From Lingula anatina (taxonomy: Eukaryota; Animalia; Brachiopoda), in contig CM120642.1 of the NCBI GenBank assembly GCA_051362555.1, positions 4,154,001 through 4,218,000 of the forward strand: a DNA stretch of 64,000 nt, in the 5' to 3' direction. Positions 39,760-52,708 of this stretch are shown piece after piece. A program made the position numbers and the translations under genes. Position 1 is the first letter of the stretch, and the number at the start of each line of letters is the position of its first letter. The notes beneath the pieces are model-generated. The model was not told the DNA's origin. It made no database searches and worked only from the letters and a program-made list of their open reading frames with translations.

Positions 39760-39903
39760 TAATGAAAGAGAACGTCAATGCAGCTAAATCGGAATGGAAA
39801 AAAGAGGAAACATGCAGGCACGTTTCAAGTCCGTGGTGGTGGTGGTGGGGGGGGGGGGGGGGGGGGGGGGGCAAGGCAAAACGTCCAAGAAGTGTAGGAT
39901 TGA
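39760..39903 (+). pseudogene. Degenerate copy of the GBP-D terminal exon end (31940-32046)
   Basis: aatgcagctaaat...ggcacgtttcaagtccg...caaaacgtccaagaag...gattga matches aatgcagccaaat...ggcacgtttcaagtccg...caaaacgcccaagaag...gactga. Confidence 0.75.
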
Positions 39904-40072
39904 CGAGATAGGAAAAGCAAACTATTATATAGATTGTACAGAGGATGTTTCCTTTCTTCTACACGTACATTGAGAAATCTTTTCAATATTTTCGGATTTT
40001 AGTCTCTGAATAATGATCATGGTAATTTTAATAATAATTATATTTATGATTTTTTTATTCCTCTCATTATCA

Positions 40073-40154
<82 letters not shown>

Positions 40155-41346
40155 GACACTAAAGACTGATAAATATTGTGCATTTTAATTTCCATAATTT
40201 CCATATTAAAAGATGGCATGCTTAAACATTTTATTTAGAATAACATTACATCCCTCAACGCATTTTAGAAAGTTTTAGAGGTAATTTGCAAATAAGGACT
40301 GTGAAAACTAATATATTTTGATACCAAGTTACACATGTGTATTAAATGTTTCCTTCCATCGTAATATATGTGCTTAAAGAATAAAAATAAATTTTATGAC
40401 ATGGCAAGTGTACAATCTTCAGTGTTGTTTTTTTTTTAATCCTTCATTTAATAAATATATTTGAAAACAACAAAATGATAACTGACAAAACTGTATGTCA
40501 GGAGTACGTTTTCTATATTTTGATCTCGAAAACATGTTGAGACAATGAAAAATGACAAAATACCTTGACATCGGCATAACGAACATGCAGGGCATGCGCA
40601 GTCAAGATCACCTTCATGAAGTTTCTATCACCACCATAGTGAATAATGTAAACGGCATGTATATATTCTGTGGCGAGGCAAAGCATATCCAAATAAAAAA
40701 ATAGTTTTAATCAGAGGTTAACAATGGCACATGTTTTTTTTCAATCTCGTAGCAAAAAAAAATTTAAAAGAGAACAATACATAATGCAAATATATCATAT
40801 ACATGTATATGCAATTATGTATCATATACATTCTATATTAAACACATTCTATATAAAAATATAGTGTCAAACACATACACAAGTACACACACACATACAC
40901 ACACACTTGCACACGTGTATACATGTGGATAAATATCTTTATATCGTCAACAGTACAATTTCGTTAATTAAAAGCACTGAAGGACACAAAACATATAATA
41001 TGAAAGTAATATCATCGGTAGTCCATTCCCTTCTTTATGCTCCCGGGGGTTTTCCGCCTGGACCTGTATCTTATCCTTGTGGCTGTACAACTTTGTCTAA
41101 TGATATATAGAGATATGAAGAGCATGTTTGTAAAAAAACTCCAAACGCCCTCTTATAGTCTTGTAAGTTATCGTCCATATCAGTACCGTGAATTTCAGGA
41201 TCGTACATGTATATGTGGAAAAACTACAAAAATAACTAAATACTCAGCAGAGATAAACAATAACAGATCGTTTGACTTTTCGTCTCGTTATAATGTGAAA
41301 AAAAGGTAGGCCTACTAAGTGTGGAATATTATGCAACGTACATGTA

Positions 41347-42738
41347 CACACACTGGACAAAAGAAGTGTCACCCCTACTGAGCCAATACTATGGGGGAGA
41401 TAAATGACTGTGGAATGATATGCTCCTGGTATCATTTTATTAACATCAAATTTCACAAAAAAAAGTCACAAAATAAGAACAAAATATACATTCTACCAAA
41501 ATATGCAGTTTCAAGTCCAAAATTAGTACTTAGTGGCATAGCCACGTGACCTAATAATAGGTGCCAGTCTACGAAGCAAGGGTTCATATAATTGTCTGAT
41601 GCGTTCAGGGCTTAATTATGCTGGCCCAAGCATGAAACACTGAATATAACAGAGTTTCTCTGCTGGTTAAACGGACATTTGTAAAAAGTTTTGACATATC
41701 ATTCCATACATTTTCTATTATGTTTGCATCCAGACTCTGGGCAGGCCACATCACCCTGCGAATGTCCTGTTGGTTAAACCAAGCATTAACTGCTCTGGGC
41801 CTGTTACAAGGAGCATTGTCATCCTGGTGAAAAAATGGATAATTCCTGTCACCAAACATGCCAGTAATAGATGGTAGCAAGCCTGACTCCAAAACATCGA
41901 TATATTTATAGTGATTCATGTTTCCATTAACCACTATCAATTCGCCCAAGCCATGGATGCTGATGCAGCCCCACACCATGATGAATATGCTGCTCCGGGT
42001 TCGAAAATTCAGTGCATGTGGTTCAAATGCTTAACCAGCAATTTGCCAGCATAGTACCCGTCTGTCATCAGAGGTCAGACCAAAGCGACACTCATCAGAA
42101 AAAATATATAGGACCAATTGTCATGAACTGTCCAGTTCCAGCCCTGTTGACCCTAGTTTACTCTACGTTGCCTGTTTTGTAACGATATAAGAGGTTTCAG
42201 TCTTGCTACCCTGCTGTACACTCTCTGAGCATGTAACCAACGCCTAGCAATTTTCACAGACACATTCTTATGTGTGAAATTGTCCCACTGTGTTGTCAAC
42301 TGACAAGCAGTGTCGAACTTTGACAACCTGGACATCAAAATCAGTCGTCGGTCTTCACGGCCAGTATTTTTTCTTGGACGTCCCATCAGAGGCAATTTGT
42401 CTCTTGAACCAGTGTTTCTATACCGATACCAGACCCTCTGCACGGTTCTGACTGAACAATTCAATTGTATCGATATTCTGAAATTGCTTATATTCCGCCT
42501 CTTCAGGTTGATAACTTGCACCTATAACCGTTAGATAATTGCCTGTATCTTGCCATATTGGAGTAAGTCAGGAATAACATTTGCTGTACATGTACAAGAC
42601 CAACAATACAGTTCCATGGTATAGCGGTTTTATACTCATTAGTCACATTATAAGTAGACCAGGCATTATAAGTACCCAAGATCTGCCTACTTTTATTACT
42701 CTGAGTTAGGGGGTGACACTTCTTTTGTCCAGTGTGTG
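41347..42738 (-). mobile_element. Tc1/mariner element (DD34E), second copy of the family at 25232
   Basis: TA duplications; same TIRs; 34 residues between the D of DNAPC and the E of NIIE; in-frame stops. Confidence 0.92.
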
Positions 42739-42960
42739 TACATAGGACATTGATTTAAAATACAATTGCAAGCAAAATTTACTATAAGTTACTGTAAGTA
42801 ACTGGCTCGCGCTGCCAGTAATTACGCCGCGGGATATTCAGGGCACAGACCGTGATCATAAGATACCGCGAATAGAAAATAGATTTTTAGAAAATAGACT
42901 TTCCATGTGAACGAAGCCAAAGACTTGGGACTCTTTACCCAAAGAGCGTGGAAACGCATA

Positions 42961-43219
42961 GGCCCCATTTCCATAGACACTATCGGTTTACATATATCGA
43001 TCCAACTCTGCTGTGACTCACGCTGAGTGCAATCAGCTTAACAGATTAACACTCCTCCTGGCGTTCAGTAGAATACAGAAAAGCTGGTGATTAAACGCAT
43101 AAGTTGGAAACAAGAGGATGCGTCCTAGTTGGTTAGAGAATGCGTGCGATTCAGTTTAGCTGATTGCACTTAGCAAGAGTCGAGTTAAATAAACTGATGG
43201 TGACTATGGGAATGGAGTC
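42961..43219. mobile_element. Degenerate MITE (Harbinger-like TIRs)
   Basis: ggccccatttccatagacactatcggttta matches the reverse complement of taaactgatggtgactatgggaatggagtc. Confidence 0.5.
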
Positions 43220-43407
43220 ATAGGGGGCATTCAGAAGTAGTCAGTTGGCACTAGCTAGTGCGCATTAACTCCACGGGGACTCTCGCTGAATTAATAAAGG
43301 TCACCATCTCAAACCAACCGGCCATAAATGTTCCAAATATCCATTCACTGTGTAAAGTAAAGATACACCGTCCTTTCAAAATCTCTGTCTTCCATTTTCA
43401 AGAATTT

Positions 43408-43767
43408 TCAGTTACATACCGGGGTATGTATGTACTGAAACAAACTGATTATCAGGCCCGCGATACCGAGAGAACGGCATATACTAGGTCTGATAGCCTG
43501 GGCCGCGTTGCAATAAGACGACTTGCAGACGCAATATTCGTAGTCAGCAAAAGAGCTCAGTGTTTGTGAGCAACCGGAATAAGAGCTACTGCTGGAAATA
43601 CACCCCTTGGTGATCGACTGAGAACCTGTAAAATAAACATAAAAACATAAAACAAAGTATGTATCTTGAAAAAAGATCATCGAAGCTTTGTTAAAATCGT
43701 ATAGACTTGTAACTTTCACACGTGTTGGGACCAAATAGAAGATAAAAGAAGCGAACAGCTTGAACTA

Positions 43768-43829
<62 letters not shown>

Positions 43830-44171
43830 CATTACATGGGAGGAAAAACTCTTGGAGCAGATGGGTGGGTGTAAAGGTAAGGGATGCTTCATCCCAGTTG
43901 ACTCCAGACGTGCACTGCTATTTTTAAGTTAAATTTGTAACGAATTTTTAACATGTTTTTGAACATGTTTTAACATGTTTGCTTAAAAGCAAAATTGTTC
44001 ATTTGTTGTAATTAGATATATGGTGAAAAAATATTAAAGACAGTTAAAAACCCATATTGTGACCCCTTATCTTACCACCAATAGTTGTTATGGACTTGTA
44101 CCATCCGTTGGAGCATGAAGTCGTGCTACCGCCAGTGCCGCTGCAGCTAGTGCAAGAATAGCAATTGTAGT
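43408..44171 (-). pseudogene. Partial duplicate of the Ly6/uPAR-GPI exons, lacking signal and CUB exons
   Basis: Exons 44171-44076 (96 nt, same length as 35915-35820) and 43625-43408. The fifth LU Cys is changed to Trp (GWYKS) and the acceptor is a weak AAG. Confidence 0.68.
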
Positions 44172-44729
44172 CTTGAAATTTCGATTTGAATCAAGTATAT
44201 ACGTGCAACACATTATGAAAAACAAGCGAAAATTAGAATATGCACTTTATCACAGCTCAGAAGACTCCATTAAGAAGGACTTAGCAATCTCCCTTACTTA
44301 GTGAATTACATGAAAGTCTATCAAGGATCTCTATCAGTGAAACTATTTTTTTTTCTGAGAGATTTTATTTAATAAAATGACAGGCGCCCGCACTACATAT
44401 AGCGCCTTAAGAAGAATAGAAACAAATTTATAGATTATAAACAAAAAAAGAAAAATAAGACAAGCAGATGATCAAACAAATAAATGACTTGAAATGAAGT
44501 TTATAATGCACAAACAATAAATTATAACGATACATGTACACGTTCAGTACCAAGTGGCAGAAGTTGGATCGCAAACAGAGCCTACGAGCCGATGTTTTAA
44601 AATATTTGCGGTCGTATATTGAAACGGAATACTAAACCACACAAGCACCTTGCAATGCGATATAAGCCATTACTGCCTTTAATAAAATGTAGCAACTGTT
44701 TGCACAGTTAAATATCATTATTCACTCGT

Positions 44730-45887
44730 TTAATTTATTTGTCCGTCTCCGCTGTTTTCTATGTCCCATTTAGAAACATTTTCTCGATTTAGCTCTTTTT
44801 GGATAAGCAATATAAGAAGTCTCCAATCCGGATCTTTGTCAATGTCGGTAATATTCAGCCCTTCGCCTGTCACGTCTAAAGCCTCTTGATAATGATTGGT
44901 GTTGCCCGCAGGTGGCGCCACTTGATATCTCTCATTACGATCGTCTGCTTCAGATTTGATATCAGACGTCTCCTCTCCACTCCCAGGGTCCAAATATACA
45001 TGTACGTGATGGTAGATGACAGGTGGCGGAGGATTGATATCTATGCTGTAATCTGCATCCTTATTTTGCGCAGAAAGTTTCGACAGTCGGATTCCCCTGG
45101 TCCGTACCAGTTCTAAGTCAGCTGTTGGATGCCGGCCGAAGTTAGATTTTTCAAGCACTGGTTGATCTTTACCGTGTCCTTTTCTGACTTTCTGAACGGC
45201 TTGACGGAAGGCGTATTCGGGTGATGGCAGTACTTTTTCCATTTCTGTTCTCATCTTTGCTTCATGCGTCTCTTGGACGTCGTGCTTAAATTCATAAGCC
45301 GGGGCGAAGAGATGTTTCAGTTTATCTGCCCTCAGCCTCTTTGCTGTCTGATTAATTTCCACGTCTTCTTGAAGGTCCGAAATTTTCGGAATAAGACCCG
45401 CAGATGATGCTTTGCCTTCAACGTTTGATTTCGAATTAAAATCATACAGTTCAGGGTCCGCATTCTTCTTGGGTTCTTCCTTATCAAAATACCTTTCAAG
45501 TTGCCCAAGCTCTCGCAGAAACTCGAGAAAAATCCCATCAGTTGCATCTGCAGTTGTTGACAGGAGCTCCGGGTGCGACGCTAGAGGACGGGCGTGCACC
45601 TTACCCGTAGCATAAGAATCAGTTCGGCGTGCAATGGTTTCTGCCTCGAACTTCTTTTTACTGATATACGTTGGTTTACTATCACTCTGATGATCGTCCT
45701 CATCTTCACCTATAGTGCTTGCTGCGCGAGACACGTTGGCATCTTCGGCTACCTCCATGATGAACTTAGGTGTTGATGGTGGGTCAACGGTGCCAAAATC
45801 ATACCGGTGTGCCAAAGGAGCACAGCGGAATGTCTCAAACAGGGTACAAAATGTCCACAACAACATCACGCACGATAATCTATACAT
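44730..45887 (-). CDS. Intronless secreted protein of unknown function, 385 aa, possible prohormone-like precursor
   Basis: Long open ORF with signal peptide MYRLSCVMLLWTFCTLFETFRCA; hydrophilic body with KKK, RR, KK, KR and RK sites; no recognisable domain. Confidence 0.72.
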   Translation of the reverse strand: MYRLSCVMLLWTFCTLFETFRCAPLAHRYDFGTVDPPSTPKFIMEVAEDANVSRAASTIGEDEDDHQSDSKPTYISKKKFEAETIARRTDSYATGKVHARPLASHPELLSTTADATDGIFLEFLRELGQLERYFDKEEPKKNADPELYDFNSKSNVEGKASSAGLIPKISDLQEDVEINQTAKRLRADKLKHLFAPAYEFKHDVQETHEAKMRTEMEKVLPSPEYAFRQAVQKVRKGHGKDQPVLEKSNFGRHPTADLELVRTRGIRLSKLSAQNKDADYSIDINPPPPVIYHHVHVYLDPGSGEETSDIKSEADDRNERYQVAPPAGNTNHYQEALDVTGEGLNITDIDKDPDWRLLILLIQKELNRENVSKWDIENSGDGQIN

Positions 45888-46504
45888 ATCGATAGTTTTG
45901 CGAAAGTCAGTTTATAACTAGAACCCTACGAATTGAGGAAACTCAAACAGGTTTAACACCAGTTACTTATTCGAAGTCTTCTTCGCACTCAGTATTTTCT
46001 GATCATATAAGAGAAATCCCCGTGGCTTGTTGAAGTATGATTTCTTGTTTTCTTGATTTCTTGTCCTTACGTCAGCGAGCAATTGCGTAGGACTACTTCA
46101 AAGGCACCTCCACCTAAAACGACCAAATACAAGAGAAGGAATGATATACTAGCTACTAAATAAAACTGGTAGACCTACTAGTATTTCACAAGAGCACAAG
46201 AACAGATTTACCAGAGAGTCGGTGATAGACGATTCTTGTCTGAGTAAATGGCAAAACCGTACTGAGACAAGCAAAAGAACACCTGATTGAACTCATGAAC
46301 CACGTAAACATGCATCTACACTTGTCTGGTACAGACTCGCGAGATATATGCGTAAAAACAGCCGCACTCAATGGCTAATTATTGCCAGTGTATGGTTTTA
46401 AAGCTAGCTGATTTATTTTCGACTAATCGTTCCTTCATTGGTATGTAAAGGTTGTTGATTTCTGGAAAATGCTATTGGTATTATCAATATGGATGTCAGT
46501 AGAA

Positions 46505-47770
46505 TAGACATGGAATTCTAAATGACTGGCCAGTCATTAAGAGCTAAATCATTAAACTTTAGGGCAATGGAATAAAGCATCAAATCCAATTGGAGGGATG
46601 GATCGAGTAATTATTCGTGCTTTCTCCCATTGCTATCGACCAAACCTGTCAGTCTTTAGATAAAGATAAGCTCTCCTTTCATTTTTTTTTCTGTAAGATC
46701 TCACCCAGTAGGCCTATAGCGACTAATAAACAACTCTATAATAGCTGATGATTGCTTCTCAGAGTGTTAGGGTCATCGAGTTATCCAGGAGTGGTTTAAG
46801 TAACAATAAGTAATTGTCTCCTTTCGAGAAATAATGGTAATAATAATGCTTCCCGCCATTAGCTTCTTTATGAAATAAGCCCTCAGCATACGCAATAATA
46901 TATTGTTACCTGGTCAAGAACTTTGAAGCAAACCGCCTTCGGTGATGATCAATTATTGCAGCTTCATTGATTTAAAAGGAAATTGAAAACCTGTCTATTT
47001 AAAGAATATTTCGGTTTACTTGTATATATTCAGGACATTTAAATGCCTTTAAATCTATAAACGTGCTGCAAATACACAGAGATATTTAAATAAAGTGGTG
47101 AATCGAAGCAACCTCCACACGAGCTTTATTTCGCTATGCCACGAAAATTTATTGGGTACCTTAAAGGTACGAGTTTGAAAATTTCCCAAATTCATAATTT
47201 CTGTGTCTACATATCCAGAAAAGCCACTTATCAGTATCTTGTACAATTAGACTTTTTTGAAGTTGTATAAAATTCCTCAAGTAAAACTACCTGATGTCGA
47301 TGGAATTCTAAATGACCGGTCAGTCGTTTAGAACTAATTTATTAAACTTTATTGAAGTGGAATAAAGCATCAAATCCAATTGCTGGAACGGATCGAGCAA
47401 TTATTCTTGAGGAAAAGAAAGTGGCTTTCTACCATTGCTATCGACCAAACCTGTCAGTCTTGAGATTAAGATAAGCTTTCCCTTCATTTTTTCCGTGAAA
47501 TCACACCCAGCATAGCGACTAATAAACAACTCTATAATAGCTGATGATTGCTTCCCAGAGTGTTAGGGTCATCGAGTTATCCAGGGATGGTTTTAGTAAC
47601 AATAAGTAATTGTCTCCTTTTGAGAAATAATGGAAATAATGACACTTCTCGTCGTTAGTCCCTGTATGAAATAAGCCCCCAGCAAACGCAATAATAAACG
47701 TTCTTACATGGTCACGATCTTTGATGCCCACCTCCTTCGGCGTTGATCAATAATTGCAGCTTCAATATAA
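46505..47770. repeat. Direct duplication, ~480 bp (46505-46980 vs 47295-47765)
   Basis: Shared text atggaattctaaatgac...ccattgctatcgaccaaacctgtcagtct...gactaataaacaactctataatagctgatg...attgcagcttca. Confidence 0.85.
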
Positions 47771-48337
47771 TTTGTCGAGTTCACCTTACCAAAAGTCAAA
47801 CGTTGTAAATAATTATGTATCATAGTTATAAAAGGAAATTAAAAATCTGTATATCAAAAGAATATTTTGGTTTACTTGTATCTTTACTTTTAATTACTTC
47901 ATATTATTTTTTAATTTATCTGTACAGTTTTAATTTTTATGCACATGTCATGTGTAAACAGCACTGAGACGCATTCGTAGCGCGGTTTTAAGAAATTTAT
48001 TATTAGTATTATTATAGCAAATTTTTGATAATTTCAAAGTCATATTTCGAGAGTTTGAACTGTAAATTTGTCCAAAGGCGCCAAGAATTGTTTTCATGCA
48101 GAAATTAAACTTCCCAAGATGTAAGTTGTGGCACTGACAAATCAAATGAAATCATGTGATGAAAGTGAAAAAATGACCACAAAATTTAAACTGCAAGTAT
48201 TCTTTATTATTATTATTATATTTATTTATTTATTTATTTATTTTTTTTTGAGAAAAAAATTCAATTGCTACTGCTTGTTTGTAAATCAAATATATTCTCT
48301 CTACAAAACATTCCATTTACAATATACATTTATGTTT

Positions 48338-49348
48338 CTACTTACAGCAGGAAAATCTCTTGATGTCTTCTCTAAATTGAGATCCAAATATGCCGTAAAT
48401 GAAAAAGTTTATTGAGGAGCTAATGGTAGAGATAAGACCCAACGGTAACATTATAAAACGTGAGTTTTCTGCACAACAATTTGGAAAAACTCTGCTGACC
48501 TGTAATACAATGAACAAAACATTAGTTACAAGCATTAACACTGTTATTACTGACAACATTTTTAACATTTCCCAGTGTAACTTTCTATTACGCTGTGAAA
48601 TCTTGGCGCAGTTTTGTATTGTTGCAATTCTGTTCTGATGCATCGATAGCTCTTTCATTGTTCTGGCAGTATAGTATATGAAAAACACCATTGGGAGAAC
48701 ACACGAAACTGGAATGTTAAGAATAAGTCTAAAAACAACGGAGTATTTTCGCCAGAAATCGCCTTGTTTCAAGTGCAACCTTGGACAGAATTCTTCCGCA
48801 GATTTCGCACAGTCACTGTTATTCAAATGTGCCACATCAAATAGTTTTGCACTGTTGAACAGAAGGAGGACCACCAACAGCGAGACGATCGGAAGGAACC
48901 TTTCCTTTACAGATAAAGGACCTTGGGTATGTGCACTGTAAGGTTTTCTGATGCTCTGGAAGCGGGTTCTCGCAACTAAAACTGCCACATAAACTTGAAA
49001 TGTTTGTAAGAAATTAAACAACGTTCCAACGTGATCGAGAATATCTGGTTCAATTGCATTGAGCTCTTCAGCTAAAAAAGTCGATTTGCATATGTTAAAA
49101 CCAGATAACAGGATTCGTACAACTAAAAAGATGTTGTCATTAATTGTCAAAGTCAGGAGAAGAAACATAGTTTTGTTTGTTTTCCTGTGTTTGTAGAAAA
49201 TAACAATCGCCAAGGTATTCAGAACAATCCCTCCAACAGCCAAGACGGTGATAGCTATGTGGCCAATTAAGATTGGATTCATCTTAAAACTCATCCTTCC
49301 GTTTCTCATTACTGATGTGTTGATGCTACTTGCATTGTATGGAGCCAT
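48338..49348 (-). CDS. Intronless rhodopsin-family (class A) GPCR, divergent peptide-receptor/chemoreceptor-like
   Basis: Seven hydrophobic segments; N-terminal glycosylation sequons; TM1 GIVLNTL, TM2 LTINDNIFL, TM3 end TRFQSIRKP, TM5 LPM, TM7 SSSINFFIYG followed by the helix-8 QFR. Confidence 0.85.
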   Translation of the reverse strand: MAPYNASSINTSVMRNGRMSFKMNPILIGHIAITVLAVGGIVLNTLAIVIFYKHRKTNKTMFLLLTLTINDNIFLVVRILLSGFNICKSTFLAEELNAIEPDILDHVGTLFNFLQTFQVYVAVLVARTRFQSIRKPYSAHTQGPLSVKERFLPIVSLLVVLLLFNSAKLFDVAHLNNSDCAKSAEEFCPRLHLKQGDFWRKYSVVFRLILNIPVSCVLPMVFFIYYTARTMKELSMHQNRIATIQNCAKISQRNRKLHWEMLKMLSVITVLMLVTNVLFIVLQVSRVFPNCCAENSRFIMLPLGLISTISSSINFFIYGIFGSQFREDIKRFSCCK

Positions 49349-50375
49349 AACTTAATCCAGCTGAAGATCCTGTTAAGCGTTATCTTTCAACTGTCATATA
49401 TCCACAAATTCAATTGAAAAAGTATCAAGTCAAGGTCTTGGCAATATTTGCTGCTTTTCAATATAATAAATTCAGTTACATGTATCTGGCCTAGTCGACA
49501 GGTGCGCCCTGTTTATATTTCGTTTGCTGTCACCAAGTAACCTTTTCCTAGACTTGAACCCTCTTATATATTAGCAATCATGCTGCTGGACGGACATTTA
49601 GAAATACTGACGTGTTGATTTTTATGACCAATCACACTTCATGATTGCCCATAAACCATCAGCTACATTTGACAATGTTGCCGCGGGCTGAAGCCAGACG
49701 AAGAGACATTTTAAAGTGCGTGTACAGTTTAAAAATGGGTCTGTTTTTTTTTTTTTTTTTTTTTATTGAACCCCCTGGTATGGACCATCATGTTGAATAA
49801 AGGGTTCAAAAACACTGAAGACTTGATTCTTTTGTGTGTTCTTGGGCAAAACTTTTCAATATCTAACCAGGTACCAATAAACGGTAGTTCCCCTTATGGA
49901 GCAATTTCCCATAGTCAATTCATCTAGTTTCAGGGGGATACTTCAGTTAAATCCAATTTATTTCAGATTACATGCAAGGTTAATTTTCAATTGAAAAAAA
50001 GTAGAAGGACAATATTCTAATTTTAAAAAATGTGGTTTCAGTACAATCACTAAATATTAGCATTACATATTACTCGATAAAAATCAAATATTTTTGTATC
50101 TTATTTGATATCAGTCACGTGCCCATTTAATTTTAAATTAAACAGCGTTGTTTCATAACCATAAAATAAAATTACACAATACTAAAATTCGCTTAAGCAC
50201 TGCGAGCAGTTCTAAGATGCTTACTTTGTCTCAGATATAATCAATTTCATATACTGACTTCATTTATGCTATTTTAATCGTTTTAATCATCTTTAATATC
50301 TAACGACCAGTCTCAGTAAGGATAAAATTCTGACGGTAAAATATTTACATTTATGCCCAAGAAGACAGCCCCTAT

Positions 50376-50645
50376 TGTCATGAGAGACCATTTCTTGAAA
50401 TTTAATAGTTTTAGTGTTCAATGTCATGAGAGACCATTTCTTGAAATTTAATAGTTTAGTGTTTAATGTCATGAGAGACCATTTCTTGAAATTTAATAGT
50501 TTTAGTGTTTAATGTCATGAGAGACCATTTCTTGAAATTTAATAGTTTAGTGTTTAATGTCATGAGAGACCATTTCTTGAAATTTAATAGTTTTGTGTTT
50601 AATGTCACGAGACACCATTTCTTGAAATTCAATTGTTTAGTGTTG
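50376..50645. repeat. Minisatellite, ~45-46 bp unit, about 6 copies
   Basis: tgtcatgagagaccatttcttgaaatttaatagttt(t)agtgtttaa repeated head to tail with no spacers. Confidence 0.92.
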
Positions 50646-52408
50646 AATTATTAAGATGGAGCAGTGTTAAAATGATCTGCCTTCAGCACATATCAGTTCT
50701 GATAAGCCCATTTAATTTTCATCTTGTAATATGTGAGCCGAAGTCATGGATTCCGTCAGAATTGTACAGATATAACGTACATAATCATCCGTCCTCTTTT
50801 ACATTCCATATGAATGGTAATGCCTACAATTTTGTGGGAGTTCAATCATATTAGGCATTGTATTCCAACAAAACAGATGTTTCTACATTTTCCACCTTTA
50901 GACATCTTATAATATTTTTCGAAATGTTGAAGACATCTGGACAGGCAGCTACTCCAGAGTAGGAAAAAAATAAATTACAATTTTAACCGAATCTACGTCT
51001 CTTAATGATCTTCTTTATTTAATTTTTCCATTTTCCATGACACAAACCTGTACTTCTGAAGGGCATCCTATAGTTACCTATTGCATTACTCTTTTCTTTT
51101 CTCACCTTCTTTAACATCATACATGTGTCAGATCATTAACACATGATCTATTATTAACCATATACCAAGAATCATACATCGCACTCCTTTCCTAGAAAAT
51201 CAAATTATCGAATCGTTGTCAATAATTATTTCCCCCATCATATAGCATCCCAGTCAATGATAAGTACACGTACAACAGAAAATACTGTCCAAACCCCATT
51301 GGTGTCGTTTTTTCTTGTTCAAAAGAAGACGACTACAGTTGAACAGGTGAAAGTGATTACATGCACTATGGATATGGAACAGACGTCAGTACATGAGTGA
51401 TAATGACAAAATTATTGCTATGCGACTGAAGACGCTGTTAAAAGCATTTTGCAATTTAAGTCTTGCTAAGTGGAGTCATTATGTAAAAATATGTTTCTAA
51501 ACTCAAAGTCACTGCAATTTGTTGGGTGGGAAGAAATGGATGTAAAAACAATTTTTAACATTATTTTATGGTTTTATTTCCTTTTTTTGTTATATATATA
51601 TATTATACCTAATCACTGTGTACTAAATTACATTTAACTATCTCAATTCCTGTTACCCCTGGCATTAAATATTATGGCACAAATTTATTTATCACTATGG
51701 CTTTTGCTATAATAATATAGTGCTATATATATCACACATCCTGTGCCTCACCCCTATTTTACTCATAGCACACTGATCATCATTGATTTGCGTGATCATC
51801 TCCCACAAATAAGCTAACTAATTTAATAGCAATGAACAAACAAGGCAGCAAAGCTGTCAAATGTACAGACAAAAAATCAGAAAATAAAGATGCAAAATAG
51901 GTCATTTTGTCAATTTTGATGCAATAATAAATAATGCTTATAATAGCACTGTCAGTCAACACTGAATTTTAATCATGCACAACAGGTAAAATGGTCAATA
52001 ACATGAGCGGACCCAGAGATATTTTCTGACAGTATTCCAAAGTATCTATTTTGATCCATCCTCCATTTTGATGGTCTTCCAACAGAAGAAAAAATAGATA
52101 CCAGGCAATATAAACTTAATAACCTGACTGTCTTCCGGAAGTCCCAGAAGATGGTCTCAATCTACCCTTTCAATAAGATTACAGTTTCAGGACCATGAGA
52201 GTTCAAATTCACATGATGTAAGTCTCAATATTTGAAAAATGATGACAGTGCATAAAATAATATTACATAAGTAACATAATGTTTAAAGACATAAAAAACA
52301 ATACAACTGCTTATGTGGAAAAACAGAAATGTCAGAGTCTCAGGCGGATGAGAGTTTAAAGTCACAAATGCAAGTGTTTGAGAAAAAATTATAAAGGAAA
52401 ACAACAAA

Positions 52409-52592
52409 ACTAGAAAAGCACTCCGAGAGTGCAGACCTCTGCCAAGGTAGCAATTGTTGATTATTATTGATTTTTGTCCTCTTTGGCCCACTTCTGACAG
52501 TTCCTGAAAATTTCAGCAAAATCGGTCCATAACTTTTTGAGTTATGTTGATGACAAACAGGGGTGAAAATATAACCTCCTTGGCAGAGGTAA
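52409..52592 (+). mobile_element. Short non-autonomous Helentron/DINE-like element
   Basis: 5' actagaaaagcactccgagagtgc hairpin; subterminal inverted repeats acctctgccaagg ... ccttggcagaggt. Confidence 0.5.
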
Positions 52593-52638
52593 ATATAATT
52601 CCAATGAAGCTGCTATTCAAACTTTTAATCTTTCAGTT

Positions 52639-52708
<70 letters not shown>

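Noticed and set aside
50376-50645. CRISPR-like regular repeat
   Set aside because: Head-to-tail minisatellite with no unique spacers, no cas genes, eukaryotic context.
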